Source: a bacterium | Lineage (GTDB): Bacteria > Hydrothermota > UBA3073 > JACQXS01 | Length of the DNA stretch: 55,352 nucleotides | NCBI GenBank assembly: GCA_030605695.1 | Contig: JAUWHX010000055.1 | Span: 1 to 55,352, forward strand | Reading direction: 5' to 3' | Made by a program: the position numbers and the translations under genes | Notes under the pieces: model-generated | The model's input: only the letters and a program-made list of their open reading frames with translations | Database searches by the model: none | What the model was told of the DNA's origin: nothing | Part shown: positions 27,707 through 37,727 of the stretch, one piece after another | Numbering within the stretch: the stretch's first letter is position 1 | Layout: every line of letters begins with the position of its first letter

Positions 27707-28765
27707 ATGCCAAAGAAAAAAGTAAAACAATCTAACCCGGTGTCCCGGCTTGACTTAATTAAACAGATTGAAAAAGAGCGCCAATCTGCTGTGATTTGTT
27801 ATATTACAGGAGACAAAGATAAGTTTCATACTCAGATTGGAGAAGATGTAATTCTAATGCTTTTTCGGCACTTAGAATTGATTGGCAAAAAGGATAATAT
27901 TGATTTATTCCTTTATACCCGTGGTGGAGATATGGTCACGCCAATTAGAATTGTTAAGCTTATAAGAAATTACTGTAAAAAGTTCAGTCTGTTAGTTCCT
28001 TATCGGGCACATAGCGCGGGAACACTTATTGCTCTTGGAGCCGATGAAATTGTGATGGGTAAATTGGGTGAATTAACGCCGGTGGACCCTACAACCACAC
28101 ATCCATTTAATCCAAGGGATCTGGCAGTCGACCCCAAAAAACCCATGTCTATTAGCGTTGAGGATATTACTTCTTATTTACTTCTTGCAAAAGAGAAAGG
28201 GAAAGTTAAGGAGAACCAAATGGGAGAGATTTATGAGAATCTCACTAAACACTTATATCCTAACCCTAAACATCTTCACCCTTTAGCGTTAGGTAATGTT
28301 TATAGAGCACAAAGAATGAGTAGAATGTTATCTGAGAAACTTCTGAGTCTTCATATAGATGTTGAAAAGAAAAGCAATAAAGAGACTATAGAAAAAATTG
28401 TAAATGAGATTACCAGTAATATCTGTATTCATAATTATCCTATCTATAGAGATGAGGGAGAAGCATTAGGACTTAATGTAGTTACTCCTAAAAATGAATT
28501 AGAAAAAATGTTATGGGACTTGTATGAAAAATATGCTGAGGACATGGAATTAACAAAGCCGTTTAATCCTTTAGTTACATTAGGAACTGCTAATACTAGA
28601 GATATAAGATTGCAAGCGGCTCACATAGAAAGTGAAAAAGCACAAGACACTTTCTTTTTTTACATTCAGCTAAATAAAATAACAGCATCCCAAGTACCGG
28701 GTCAGCCTCCCATACCAGGAGTAAATGTGAGCGCGGTGCCCTCTGGTTGGGAAAAAGTGAGGTAA
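27707..28765 (+). CDS. ClpP-class serine protease (SDH_sah family)
   Basis: DLFLYTRGG, VPYRAHSAGTLIALGADEIVMG (catalytic Ser), LTPVDP, HNYPI. Confidence 0.88.
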   Translation: MPKKKVKQSNPVSRLDLIKQIEKERQSAVICYITGDKDKFHTQIGEDVILMLFRHLELIGKKDNIDLFLYTRGGDMVTPIRIVKLIRNYCKKFSLLVPYRAHSAGTLIALGADEIVMGKLGELTPVDPTTTHPFNPRDLAVDPKKPMSISVEDITSYLLLAKEKGKVKENQMGEIYENLTKHLYPNPKHLHPLALGNVYRAQRMSRMLSEKLLSLHIDVEKKSNKETIEKIVNEITSNICIHNYPIYRDEGEALGLNVVTPKNELEKMLWDLYEKYAEDMELTKPFNPLVTLGTANTRDIRLQAAHIESEKAQDTFFFYIQLNKITASQVPGQPPIPGVNVSAVPSGWEKVR

Positions 28766-28767
28766 TT

Positions 28768-29184
28768 ATGGATACTGCAAATACAATTTTTTCCAGTGAA
28801 GGAACTGTGTTAATGCCCCAACAGATAGGTAAGATAGGAAATATTCCTATCTTTGCTTATCCTGGAGTAGATATACCTCTTGTAGAAGAACCAACTGGAA
28901 CGGATAATCATTTAGAAATAGAAAGACCAGTTATTTGTGAAGATATAAATGTGCTTGAATTGGCAAAAAAGTATTATGAGGAACATAAGCATCTTTTGCT
29001 AAAGAAATACAGGGGCAAATATATTGCTATTCTTAATAACAAAATAGTTGGGTCAGGTAAAGATTTCTCGCTCCTTGCTCGGAGAGTCTATAAAAAATAT
29101 GGCTATCAAACAATGTATATGCCATTCGTTAATGTAAAAGAAAAGATTGTCCGAATTCCTTCTCCCAGAGTCAAAGTTTCGTAA
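28768..29184 (+). CDS. DUF5678-like domain protein
   Basis: C-terminal YYEEHK.LL.KKYRGKYIAI.NNKIVGSG.D pattern; ATG 28768 with GAGG RBS. Confidence 0.7.
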   Translation: MDTANTIFSSEGTVLMPQQIGKIGNIPIFAYPGVDIPLVEEPTGTDNHLEIERPVICEDINVLELAKKYYEEHKHLLLKKYRGKYIAILNNKIVGSGKDFSLLARRVYKKYGYQTMYMPFVNVKEKIVRIPSPRVKVS

Positions 29185-29186
29185 TT

Positions 29187-29588
29187 ATGCCGAAGAAAAA
29201 ACTCCTTGCTTATTCTTACGATAAAGACAACTTTGACCCTCCAGCTCCAGTTTTGGAAGTCTCTTTGTCTACACCAACTCTGATATCACATAGTCATATC
29301 GTTAAATCTCTTGCACTTCTTGATTCTGGAGCAGACATGACTGTAATTCCTCAATGGATAGTACAACAACTCCAGCTTAAATATGTGGATAAAATACCGG
29401 TAGCTGGATATAAGGGACGTTCCCAACCGACTTTTGTCTATTCAGTAAAAATCATTTTCAGTAATTTAGGAGATTTCATAATTAGAGCTATAGCATCCGA
29501 CAGCGAGAATGTTTTAATTGGAAGAGATATACTTAATAAGTGGTCGTTATTTTTGAAGGGACGCAGTGGAATTTTTGAAATCAGTTAG
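29187..29588 (+). CDS. Retropepsin-like (clan AA) aspartic protease
   Basis: ALLDSGADMTVIP and LIGRDIL motifs. Confidence 0.88.
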   Translation: MPKKKLLAYSYDKDNFDPPAPVLEVSLSTPTLISHSHIVKSLALLDSGADMTVIPQWIVQQLQLKYVDKIPVAGYKGRSQPTFVYSVKIIFSNLGDFIIRAIASDSENVLIGRDILNKWSLFLKGRSGIFEIS

Positions 29589-29624
29589 TGATGTAACTTC
29601 ATTTAAGCAAGGATGAATCTTGCT

Positions 29625-30491
29625 CTACAATCTTTGCTTAATTAAATCGGGGATTTCCATCGGAGTGCGGGCTACAGATACTCCTGCTTCTTCAAGTGCC
29701 TTAATTTTTGCCTCCGCAGTCCCAGTGCCACCTGCTATTATAGCTCCTGCATGACCCATCCTTTTTCCGGCAGGAGCCGCACGACCAGCAATGAACGAGA
29801 CTACCGGCTTACGCATCTCAGACTTAATATAAGAGGCGGCTATTTCCTCGTCTGTACCACCTATCTCGCCTATTAAAACTACAGCATCTGTGCCTTCATC
29901 AGCTTCAAAAAGAGGCAATAGGTCAATAAATGACATCCCAATAATCTGGTCTCCTCCTATTCCAAGACAGGTGCTCTGACCAAGACCCGCACTACTGAGC
30001 TGGTCAACTACCTCATAAGTAAGAGTCCCACTTCTTGAGATTACTCCAATCTTTCCGGGTTTATGAATTCCACCAGGCATTATTCCAACTTTCGCTACAC
30101 CCGGAGTAATTATTCCTGGAGAGTTAGGACCTATCATCTTAGTTGGCTTTCCTTTTAAATAGTTATATATTTTAAGCACTTCTTGTGTAGGAACACCCTC
30201 TGTTATAGCCACAATCAGCTTAATGCCTGCATCTATGGCTTCGTAAATAGCATCAGGAGCAAAGCGAGCAGGCACATAAGTTGCTGAGGTATTCGCCCCT
30301 GTCGCCTCTACAGCTTCCTGCACTGTGTTAAATACAGGAACTCCGTGAACTTCTTGCCCTCCTTTGCCGGGAGTAACACCAGCAACCACAGGAGTCCCAT
30401 AATCCAGCATCCCTTTGGTATGAAAACTACCGTCTCGTCCGGTAATTCCCTGCACACAAACTCTCGTATCTTTATCTACTAAAATACTCAT
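29625..30491 (-). CDS. sucD: Succinyl-CoA synthetase alpha subunit
   Basis: [31 protein letters not shown]. Confidence 0.97.
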   Translation of the reverse strand: MSILVDKDTRVCVQGITGRDGSFHTKGMLDYGTPVVAGVTPGKGGQEVHGVPVFNTVQEAVEATGANTSATYVPARFAPDAIYEAIDAGIKLIVAITEGVPTQEVLKIYNYLKGKPTKMIGPNSPGIITPGVAKVGIMPGGIHKPGKIGVISRSGTLTYEVVDQLSSAGLGQSTCLGIGGDQIIGMSFIDLLPLFEADEGTDAVVLIGEIGGTDEEIAASYIKSEMRKPVVSFIAGRAAPAGKRMGHAGAIIAGGTGTAEAKIKALEEAGVSVARTPMEIPDLIKQRL

Positions 30492-30510
30492 CTAATCTTT
30501 TAATTTTATA

Positions 30511-30687
30511 ATCTGTGTCTATCTGTGTTCATCTGTGGTTAACTAATTATTTTCAATTCGCTCAATTCGTGTAATTCGTGGTTCAGGTTTTTCCTTTGCG
30601 AGCTTTGTGTTCTTTGTGGTTCATTTTTTCTTCTTAGCATTTGGCATTTATAATTCATAATTCTTTTTTTCTGTGTCCTCTGTGGTT
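30511..30687. repeat. Stack of five short-period repeat half-modules in the sucC-sucD spacer
   Basis: 10-mer, 9-mer, 9-mer, 7-mer and 9-mer modules; four end in GTGGTT. Confidence 0.75.
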
Positions 30688-30704
30688 CAAAATTATTTTG
30701 TGAC

Positions 30705-31832
30705 TCACTCTGCAAGCTTTACTACTTTCTTCACTCCCTCTGCAAAAGAGTCTGCAAAGTTTAAATCTGTATTAGCAAGCATCTCACGAGCTTTCTCTTT
30801 ATTAGTGCCAGTCAACCTAACCACAATAGGATAAGGGACTTCCATTTTATTCATTGCTTCTATTATACCTGCGGCTATGTCATCGCATCTCGTAATCCCA
30901 CCAAATATATTGATAAGAATCGCACGCACATTTTTATTGGTTAATATTATCCGCATAGCATTTACAACTTTTTCAGGCGACGAGCTTCCTCCTACATCAA
31001 GAAAATTAGCCGGCTCTCCCCCATACAATTTAATTATGTCCATAGTGGTCATAGCAAGCCCTGCCCCATTAACAATACATGCTACACTTCCATCAAGCCC
31101 AACATATGAAAGGTCGGACTGACGCGCCTCAAGTTCTAATGGGTCTTCTGCACCAGGGTCACGAAGCTCAGCTAACTCCTTTCTAAAAAGAGCATTATCA
31201 TCAATATTAACTTTTGTATCACATGCAAGGAGTTTCCCCTCCACAGTTACCACAAGAGGATTGATTTCCGCTAAACTACAATCATTCTCTACAAACGCCT
31301 GATAAAGCTTCCTGATAATTGAACCCGCTTCTTGCTTAAGCTCTTTTTCTTTGAAAAGTGGAGCAACCAGTCTCTGTATCTGATAGTTCTTGAGTCCTAC
31401 TAATGGGTCAACTCCTACTTTATGAATCTTGTCAGGAGTCTTCCGTGCCACTTCCTCAATTTCTATTCCGCCTGCCTCTGAGGTCATTAAAGCTATCTTT
31501 TTCCCTGCCCTATCTATTACCATTCCTACATAAAGTTCTTCCTTAATATCAATCGCTTCCGTTACCATAATCTTCTCAACCGTTATGCCTTTTATTTCCA
31601 TACCAAGTATCTCTTTAGCTAACTTTTCTGCCTCTTCTGGATTTTTAGCAAGCTTTATACCTCCGGCTTTACCTCTTCCTCCAACTTGCACTTGTGCCTT
31701 AATAACTACTGACTTTTGGAGTTTCTCGGCTATTTTCCTTGCTTCTTCGGGAGTGGCACAAACTTCTCCTTGCAGAACTGGAATTCCATATCTTGCAAAT
31801 ATCTCCCTCGCTTGATATTCGTGAACTTTCAT
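30705..31832 (-). CDS. sucC: Succinyl-CoA synthetase beta subunit
   Basis: MKVHEYQA, KAQVQVGGRGKAGG, EINPL, NGAGLAM, NIFGGITRCD. Confidence 0.97.
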   Translation of the reverse strand: MKVHEYQAREIFARYGIPVLQGEVCATPEEARKIAEKLQKSVVIKAQVQVGGRGKAGGIKLAKNPEEAEKLAKEILGMEIKGITVEKIMVTEAIDIKEELYVGMVIDRAGKKIALMTSEAGGIEIEEVARKTPDKIHKVGVDPLVGLKNYQIQRLVAPLFKEKELKQEAGSIIRKLYQAFVENDCSLAEINPLVVTVEGKLLACDTKVNIDDNALFRKELAELRDPGAEDPLELEARQSDLSYVGLDGSVACIVNGAGLAMTTMDIIKLYGGEPANFLDVGGSSSPEKVVNAMRIILTNKNVRAILINIFGGITRCDDIAAGIIEAMNKMEVPYPIVVRLTGTNKEKAREMLANTDLNFADSFAEGVKKVVKLAE

Positions 31833-32047
31833 ATCTTTAATCCTGATACTCGTAAACCTTCATATCTTCAACTATACCCCAAATAAATCTTGTCAAGAAA
31901 AAATGATTTAACCACGGAGAGACAGAAATATGAAAAGATTTGAATTTCTCATACACATTCCTAAAAGTTTATATCGGGTCACTCGGTTATTAAGCTATTC
32001 ACTTTCACCATTCCAGATAAATACTAAACCAACAATTAATAACTTCT

Positions 32048-33136
32048 TCAGGTATTTTGGGCTTTAATTTCTTCTAATAATATCTCTACTATTTTATTTT
32101 TTGCAACTTTTTTTATTATTTTCCCCTTTTTGAATATGATTCCCTTATTCCTGCTTCCGGTAACACCAAAATCTGCATCTCTTGCCTCGCCAGGTCCATT
32201 CACAATACACCCCATTACTGCGATTCGCAAGGACTCACCCGTAGGGGCTGCTCCTACAGAATTCAATTTCTCTTCTATTTCCTGAACAAGCGATTCTACA
32301 TCAATCTCACATCTCCCACAGGTTGGACAAGCTATGACTTGAATTGCCTCATCCCGTAAGTCTAGAGACCTCAAAATCTCATTTCCCAACTTTACTTCCT
32401 CTTTAGAATCTCCTGTTAACGATACTCTAATTGTATCTCCAATCCCTTCAGCAAGCAATGTTCCAATTCCAACAGCCGAACGGATAGTCCCTGACATTCC
32501 ACCAGATGCAGCTGTAACCCCAAGATGCAAAGGATAATCAACTTCCTTTGAAACCAAACGATAGGCATCTATAGTAATACAAGGGTCCGATGACTTTACT
32601 GATAGCACCATTTGGTCAAAATCAAAGTCAAAGTTCTCTATTATTTTCACCCATCTAAAAATACTCTCCGCAAGAGCAGGAGCTGTAGATTTTCCATATT
32701 TTTTAACCAAATCAGACTCCAGACTCCCAGAATTTACACCTACTCTCATCGAGACACCGTAATCTTTCAAACACCTGACTACTTCTTTCACTTTAGCTTT
32801 CCCACCTATATTCCCAGGATTTATACGAATCTTGTCTGCTCCCTGTTTTACTGCCTCAATTGCAAGTTTATAGTTATAATGTATGTCTGCTATAAGGGGT
32901 ATCTTGATTTCGCATTTAATTTGCTTAATCTGTCTCGCACTCTCAAAATCAGGAACAGCTATCCTAATTAAATCACATCCAAGTTCCTCAAGTTTATGAA
33001 TCTCCTTAATAATTTGTTTTGTAAGGGAACTGCCTCTACCCCTTGACTTAACCATTGACTGAACTGAAATTGGAGCTCCTTCACCAATTTTCATATCCCC
33101 AACTTTAATCTGCTTTGTAAGCTTTCTTCTAATCAT
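32048..33136 (-). CDS. ispG: (E)-4-hydroxy-3-methylbut-2-enyl-diphosphate synthase
   Basis: VQSM, ADIH, RINPGN, GVNSGSL, GIGDTIRVSL, CPTCGR, AVMGCIVNGPGE. Confidence 0.96.
   Translation of the reverse strand: MIRRKLTKQIKVGDMKIGEGAPISVQSMVKSRGRGSSLTKQIIKEIHKLEELGCDLIRIAVPDFESARQIKQIKCEIKIPLIADIHYNYKLAIEAVKQGADKIRINPGNIGGKAKVKEVVRCLKDYGVSMRVGVNSGSLESDLVKKYGKSTAPALAESIFRWVKIIENFDFDFDQMVLSVKSSDPCITIDAYRLVSKEVDYPLHLGVTAASGGMSGTIRSAVGIGTLLAEGIGDTIRVSLTGDSKEEVKLGNEILRSLDLRDEAIQVIACPTCGRCEIDVESLVQEIEEKLNSVGAAPTGESLRIAVMGCIVNGPGEARDADFGVTGSRNKGIIFKKGKIIKKVAKNKIVEILLEEIKAQNT
32241..32257. repeat. Minimal REP-like palindrome inside ispG
   Basis: gtaggggc-t-gctcctac, encodes VGAAPT. Confidence 0.6.
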
Positions 33137-33185
33137 CTCTACAGGATTCTATCCACAGGACTCCGTGAGCGAACAATATCTGGGA

Positions 33186-33214
33186 TTTTGAGTCGGGGAA
33201 CTCAAAACTACCCG
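33186..33214 (-). repeat. Intergenic REP-like hairpin
   Basis: Minus strand GGGTAG-TTTTGAGT-TCCCCG-ACTCAAAA. Confidence 0.65.
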
Positions 33215-33236
33215 TAAGGAAAATAGCCCTGTATTG

Positions 33237-35981
33237 TTAATGGAAAATAACCACTTTCTCTTTCACTGTTATATTAGACCCCTCAAATCTCATAAAGTAG
33301 ACTCCTGAGCTGAAATCTGATATATCAAGTTGAGTAGTATATACTCCAGGCTCTCTTTTTGGTAAGGTAACCTTTCTAACCACTCTTCCACTCTTGTCAT
33401 ACATTGAGATTTTGTAAGCTCCTTTCTTTGCTATACTGTATTCAATACTTAATTTTTTAATTGCAGGATTTGGGTAGATTTGCAGGTTCTCTGAGAATTT
33501 ATGAAATGGCTTTTCCTCTTCAGTTTCTACAAATCTCCACTTCATAAGTTTTGCATAAATATCCCATTCTTTAAGTCTGCGATTGTCTGTCCAGGCAAAC
33601 ACAACCTTTTCCTTGCAAGAAGCAAGTCCTTCGCCAGATGATAAGTGATAGGCAGGGTTCATAGTATTTACTTGAAAGTTACTACCAACAGGAATTCCCG
33701 CATCGTCAAACTCTTGTGCCATAATCTGAGGGTTCCCGTTCCTATAATCTGTCCATGTTACTATAAAACTTCCTGAATCAGGATTTATTGCTACTGCAGG
33801 TGCCTCCTGCATTATACTATCTGCATCATCGTTTATCCGAAAATTAGAGCCAACAGGGAGCCAACTCTCATATCTCTGCCCATAGATATCTTTATTCCCT
33901 TTTCTTATATCTTCCCAAACTGTCACAAAATTCCCCCCGGTTATCATTGCCACCGAAGGATTTATCTGTTGATTTTGCTCTATAGGGTCATCACTTATTT
34001 CAAAATTTACTCCAACCGTATCACCCAATGAATCATATCTCTGTCCATATATATCAAAAAGTCCTACATCTCCTTGTCCTTCTTGCCACACAACAACAAA
34101 TTCACCGTTCTCACTTATAGCTACCGCAGGAGCTTCACTTCTCTCTTTTCCTAAAAACTGATTGACTCCGAAATTCGTATCTATTGGAGTGCACCCAGCA
34201 AAATATTTACGAGCATATATATCAGGTCGCTTGCTGTCATTACGAGCATCTTCCCAAACTACTACAAAGTTACCCGTTTTGTCTATTGCTACTTGCGGAG
34301 TACATCTTGGAGCATCTGGGTCTCCATTAACTTTGAATTCAGAACTTATGGGAACACCCGCACTATTATACTTGCGTGCATATATGTCGCCCAGATATAA
34401 AGCAGCTTTATACTTTTTCCTGTAAAACCAAGCTATAACAAAATCTCCTGCTGAATCTATAGCGACTCCCGGAGAGTATGCGATTCTGCTTGTGTCTTTA
34501 GTTACTATAAAATTAACACCTGCCTCTTCCCCATCTCCACCATATCTTTGAGCAAATATGCAAGAATTACCCAACCGTTCATCTTTCCATGTTATAACAA
34601 AGTCTCCGTTCAGAGACATAGCAACTTGAGGATGCTCCTGGTCTCTCATTCCTTCATCTGGAATAACAGAAAAATTGCTGTCAACAGTAGTTCCATCTGA
34701 GGCATATTTTTGCCCCATTAGTTCAGTGTCCTTTCCAGAACGGTCTTGCCATACTATAAAAAACTTTCCTTCTTTTCTTACGCCAACTACTGAATATATA
34801 TCCCATTGCTTCCCTTGAGAATGTGTATTTGCCTTAAAATTCCCTCCATCCGGATTGCCAGACTTGTCATACCTTTGACCATAAACACTCGGGACCCTAC
34901 GGTCATCTCTTTTATCGCTCCATATTACAACTACATTGCCTTCCGAATCCACTACAACATCTGGATTTTCTTGCCGAGCAGAGCCAGTATCGTCATTCAC
35001 ACGAAAGTTTATGTCCACAGGATTCCAAATTGAATCATATTGTTGACAATAGGTATTTGGATAGCTTGAATGCTCCCGATAATCCTCCCATACAATAATA
35101 GTCCTTCCTTCACCATTAGAACCAATGGCAGGAGACTGTATTGAGGAGTTGCTAACATTATCATTTACTCTGAAATTACTATCAACAGGTGTTACCCAAT
35201 TTGCATATCTTTGACAATAGATATTACATCCTTGTCGAGTATCAAGCCACACAATTGCAAACGCACTATCACCAGTACACGCAATATCAGGATAACACTG
35301 GAATGCACTTGGCAAAGTGTCATCATTTACAATAAAATTATTTCCTACTTTCGAGCCAGATTTGTCATAAACCTGACCATAAATATCGGGCGATGTTCCC
35401 CTATCGTCTCTCCATACAATTGCAAAATCTCCTTCAGGACCAACGCAAACTTTTGGTGCATATTGCAATCTTCTCGATGTATCATCATCTATCCGAAAGT
35501 TTGAGCCAAGTGGAATTCCCGTTACATCATATCTTTGCCCATAAATATCTTTATTCCCATTACGATAATCTTCCCAAACCACCACAAAATTGCCAATACT
35601 GTCTGCTTCTACTGACGGAAAACTTTGAGTGCTCCCAGTCGTGTCATCATTAACCAGAAATACGGTGCCTATAATCACACCATCTGAATCAAGCTTACAG
35701 CCATAAACATCTGGGTCATGCCCATTTCTGGAATCTACCCATACTAAAACATACCCAAATTTTGTTGCCGCCATAGCTTGCGATCCCTGGTTGCATCCTC
35801 CGAGAGTATCATCATTCACCAACCAGTCACTTTTAATAATCTCTCCCCAAAAGCTCTTTGTTTTGTGTCTATTGTTCTGTGCCTTGTGATTTGAACTGTA
35901 AATCCCCAAGGAAAATAGAATACAGAATACAGAAAATAGGAAAAATATAGGAAACTTTTGCTCCCTTAATTTTGCTTTCAT
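33237..35981 (-). CDS. Large secreted repeat protein (WxD.R...DIYGQRY repeats) with T9SS-type CTD
   Basis: Many repeats Q..P.V....G.FVVVWED.R....IYGQRYD..G...G.NF.VN; YPNP...SGVYFMR tail. Confidence 0.85.
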   Translation of the reverse strand: MKAKLREQKFPIFFLFSVFCILFSLGIYSSNHKAQNNRHKTKSFWGEIIKSDWLVNDDTLGGCNQGSQAMAATKFGYVLVWVDSRNGHDPDVYGCKLDSDGVIIGTVFLVNDDTTGSTQSFPSVEADSIGNFVVVWEDYRNGNKDIYGQRYDVTGIPLGSNFRIDDDTSRRLQYAPKVCVGPEGDFAIVWRDDRGTSPDIYGQVYDKSGSKVGNNFIVNDDTLPSAFQCYPDIACTGDSAFAIVWLDTRQGCNIYCQRYANWVTPVDSNFRVNDNVSNSSIQSPAIGSNGEGRTIIVWEDYREHSSYPNTYCQQYDSIWNPVDINFRVNDDTGSARQENPDVVVDSEGNVVVIWSDKRDDRRVPSVYGQRYDKSGNPDGGNFKANTHSQGKQWDIYSVVGVRKEGKFFIVWQDRSGKDTELMGQKYASDGTTVDSNFSVIPDEGMRDQEHPQVAMSLNGDFVITWKDERLGNSCIFAQRYGGDGEEAGVNFIVTKDTSRIAYSPGVAIDSAGDFVIAWFYRKKYKAALYLGDIYARKYNSAGVPISSEFKVNGDPDAPRCTPQVAIDKTGNFVVVWEDARNDSKRPDIYARKYFAGCTPIDTNFGVNQFLGKERSEAPAVAISENGEFVVVWQEGQGDVGLFDIYGQRYDSLGDTVGVNFEISDDPIEQNQQINPSVAMITGGNFVTVWEDIRKGNKDIYGQRYESWLPVGSNFRINDDADSIMQEAPAVAINPDSGSFIVTWTDYRNGNPQIMAQEFDDAGIPVGSNFQVNTMNPAYHLSSGEGLASCKEKVVFAWTDNRRLKEWDIYAKLMKWRFVETEEEKPFHKFSENLQIYPNPAIKKLSIEYSIAKKGAYKISMYDKSGRVVRKVTLPKREPGVYTTQLDISDFSSGVYFMRFEGSNITVKEKVVIFH

Positions 35982-35995
35982 AATCCCTCCCAGAT

Positions 35996-36050
35996 GGGTA
36001 GATGAGAACCCTCGCTCTCATCCAGTTGAAGCGAGGACTTCAACCTACCC
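35996..36050. repeat. Intergenic REP doublet (REPIN-like)
   Basis: GGGTAG-ATGAGA-accctcgc-TCTCAT facing an inverted GGGTAG-GTTGAAG-tcctcg-CTTCAAC. Confidence 0.75.
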
Positions 36051-36083
36051 GTGTCTTTTTTCTCCTTTATAGCATCAAATTAT

Positions 36084-37673
36084 TTATCTAATATAAATTA
36101 ATTTTGTCGGCATACATTCTTCTCGCGTTCCATCTTTCTCAATCCTACAAAAATAAACTCCAGAATTCACTTTATTCCCCTGATTATCTGTCCCATCCCA
36201 CATTATTTCGTGAGTCGTGGGTCGTGAATCGTGAATCGAAAACTCCCGAACAAGTCTGCCAGAAAGGTCGTGAATCGTTAACGAGATGTTAGATGTTAGA
36301 TGTCGGATGTCAAAGTTCTGGTATCTGGCATCTGGTATCTGAAATCTGATTTCCGTCTTTTGAGTAAATGGATTTGGATAAACTTGTAACTTGTAACTTG
36401 TAACTTGTAACTCCTCATCTTCTTCCACCCCAATAGGAGGCACAGGAAAGTCAAGAACAAAAATCTTGTGATGCACAAGGTCGCTTCCTACAACCTCAAG
36501 CTCGCCATCTCCATCTATATCTCCCAGAGCTAAAGGAGTATCCTGGTCTCCGGAACTATATCCCCATTGCCATTGCTCTGAACCATCGGCTTCCCAGGCA
36601 TAACAGTATCCATTATGGATTGACATTAATATCTCGAGCTCACCATCTTTATCTATATCTGCAATAGCAGGAGAACACGGCACAGGATATACATCAGAAC
36701 TAAAATCACATATCTTCCATTTTTCTATACCACTTTCTCCTTCTATTGCGTAAACGCATTCACCTCCGAAAGAGCCTATTATAACCTCAAGCAGACCATC
36801 TCCATCTATATCTGCAAGAGCAGGAGATTGATAGTCTATGTAGCCATCTGTTTTATAGGACCAAAGGAAACTTCCATCATTTCCTTTTAATGCATAGACA
36901 TAGCTATTATGACATCCAAAAACTACATCTAATGTATCATCTCCATCAAGGTATCCTAATGCAGGCGAAGAGTATATATAATCCCCAGCATCATAAGTCC
37001 ACAGAGTATCACCATTACTAAGAGCATATAATTTCCCATCTGATGACCCAACAAATATTTCAAGTGTATCATCTCCATTTATATCCCCGATAGCAGGAGA
37101 ACTCCTAATCATTCCTCCTGTCTTGTATTTCCATTTCTCACTTCCGTCAAACCACCACAAAACATAAAGACAGCTATCGTCAGAGCCCACTATTATCTCT
37201 ATCGTCCCGTCATTATCTATATCTCCGGCTACAGGTGATGAACTAATCATTCCACCTGTAGGAAAACTCCAAAGGAGCCCGCTATTTCCATCAAGTGCAT
37301 ACAATGTACTATCCCAAGAACCAAAAATAACATCTAATGTGCCACTATTATTTATATCAAAAAGTAGAGGAGAAGACTTAATAATCCCACTTACTTGATA
37401 TGACCATAAAAGCTTTCCATGATACCATAGATTGCTTCCTATACGCTCTACTGAGTCCTGTAATACATATAGGATACCAGTATTTGAAGCTGCTACCACT
37501 ATTTCAAGTATACCGTCTCCATTTATATCTCCTAAAACTGGAGATGAATTCTGCATACAATCAACCATATTCGGCAGATGCCAATCCCAGCGTAGTTTTA
37601 TAGGAGTAAGCTTACCATCAAGTTGACCAATTTCATCTGAGAATCCTGTCCGCATTGGGTCGTGCTGAAACAT
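36084..37673 (-). CDS. FG-GAP/PQQ-repeat protein with CTD; probable true start (GTG 37743) is out of frame
   Basis: SSP.GD.DG..E repeats; YPNPF CTD; frame continues upstream as ...SARADWP-MFQHD but meets TGA overlapping the GTG. Confidence 0.85.
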   Translation of the reverse strand: MFQHDPMRTGFSDEIGQLDGKLTPIKLRWDWHLPNMVDCMQNSSPVLGDINGDGILEIVVAASNTGILYVLQDSVERIGSNLWYHGKLLWSYQVSGIIKSSPLLFDINNSGTLDVIFGSWDSTLYALDGNSGLLWSFPTGGMISSSPVAGDIDNDGTIEIIVGSDDSCLYVLWWFDGSEKWKYKTGGMIRSSPAIGDINGDDTLEIFVGSSDGKLYALSNGDTLWTYDAGDYIYSSPALGYLDGDDTLDVVFGCHNSYVYALKGNDGSFLWSYKTDGYIDYQSPALADIDGDGLLEVIIGSFGGECVYAIEGESGIEKWKICDFSSDVYPVPCSPAIADIDKDGELEILMSIHNGYCYAWEADGSEQWQWGYSSGDQDTPLALGDIDGDGELEVVGSDLVHHKIFVLDFPVPPIGVEEDEELQVTSYKLQVYPNPFTQKTEIRFQIPDARYQNFDIRHLTSNISLTIHDLSGRLVREFSIHDSRPTTHEIMWDGTDNQGNKVNSGVYFCRIEKDGTREECMPTKLIYIR

Positions 37674-37699
37674 AGGCCAATCTGCTCGTGCTGAAAAGC

Positions 37700-37727
37700 A
37701 CAGAATACAGGAAACAGAATACAGGAA
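37700..37727. repeat. 14-bp (2x7) tandem repeat in the signal-peptide-coding region
   Basis: acagaatacaggaa x2. Confidence 0.85.

Noticed and set aside
33140-33236. Group II intron 3' end or structured ncRNA (ctacccg)
   Set aside because: No domain V motif; better explained as a GGGTAG-capped REP hairpin on the minus strand
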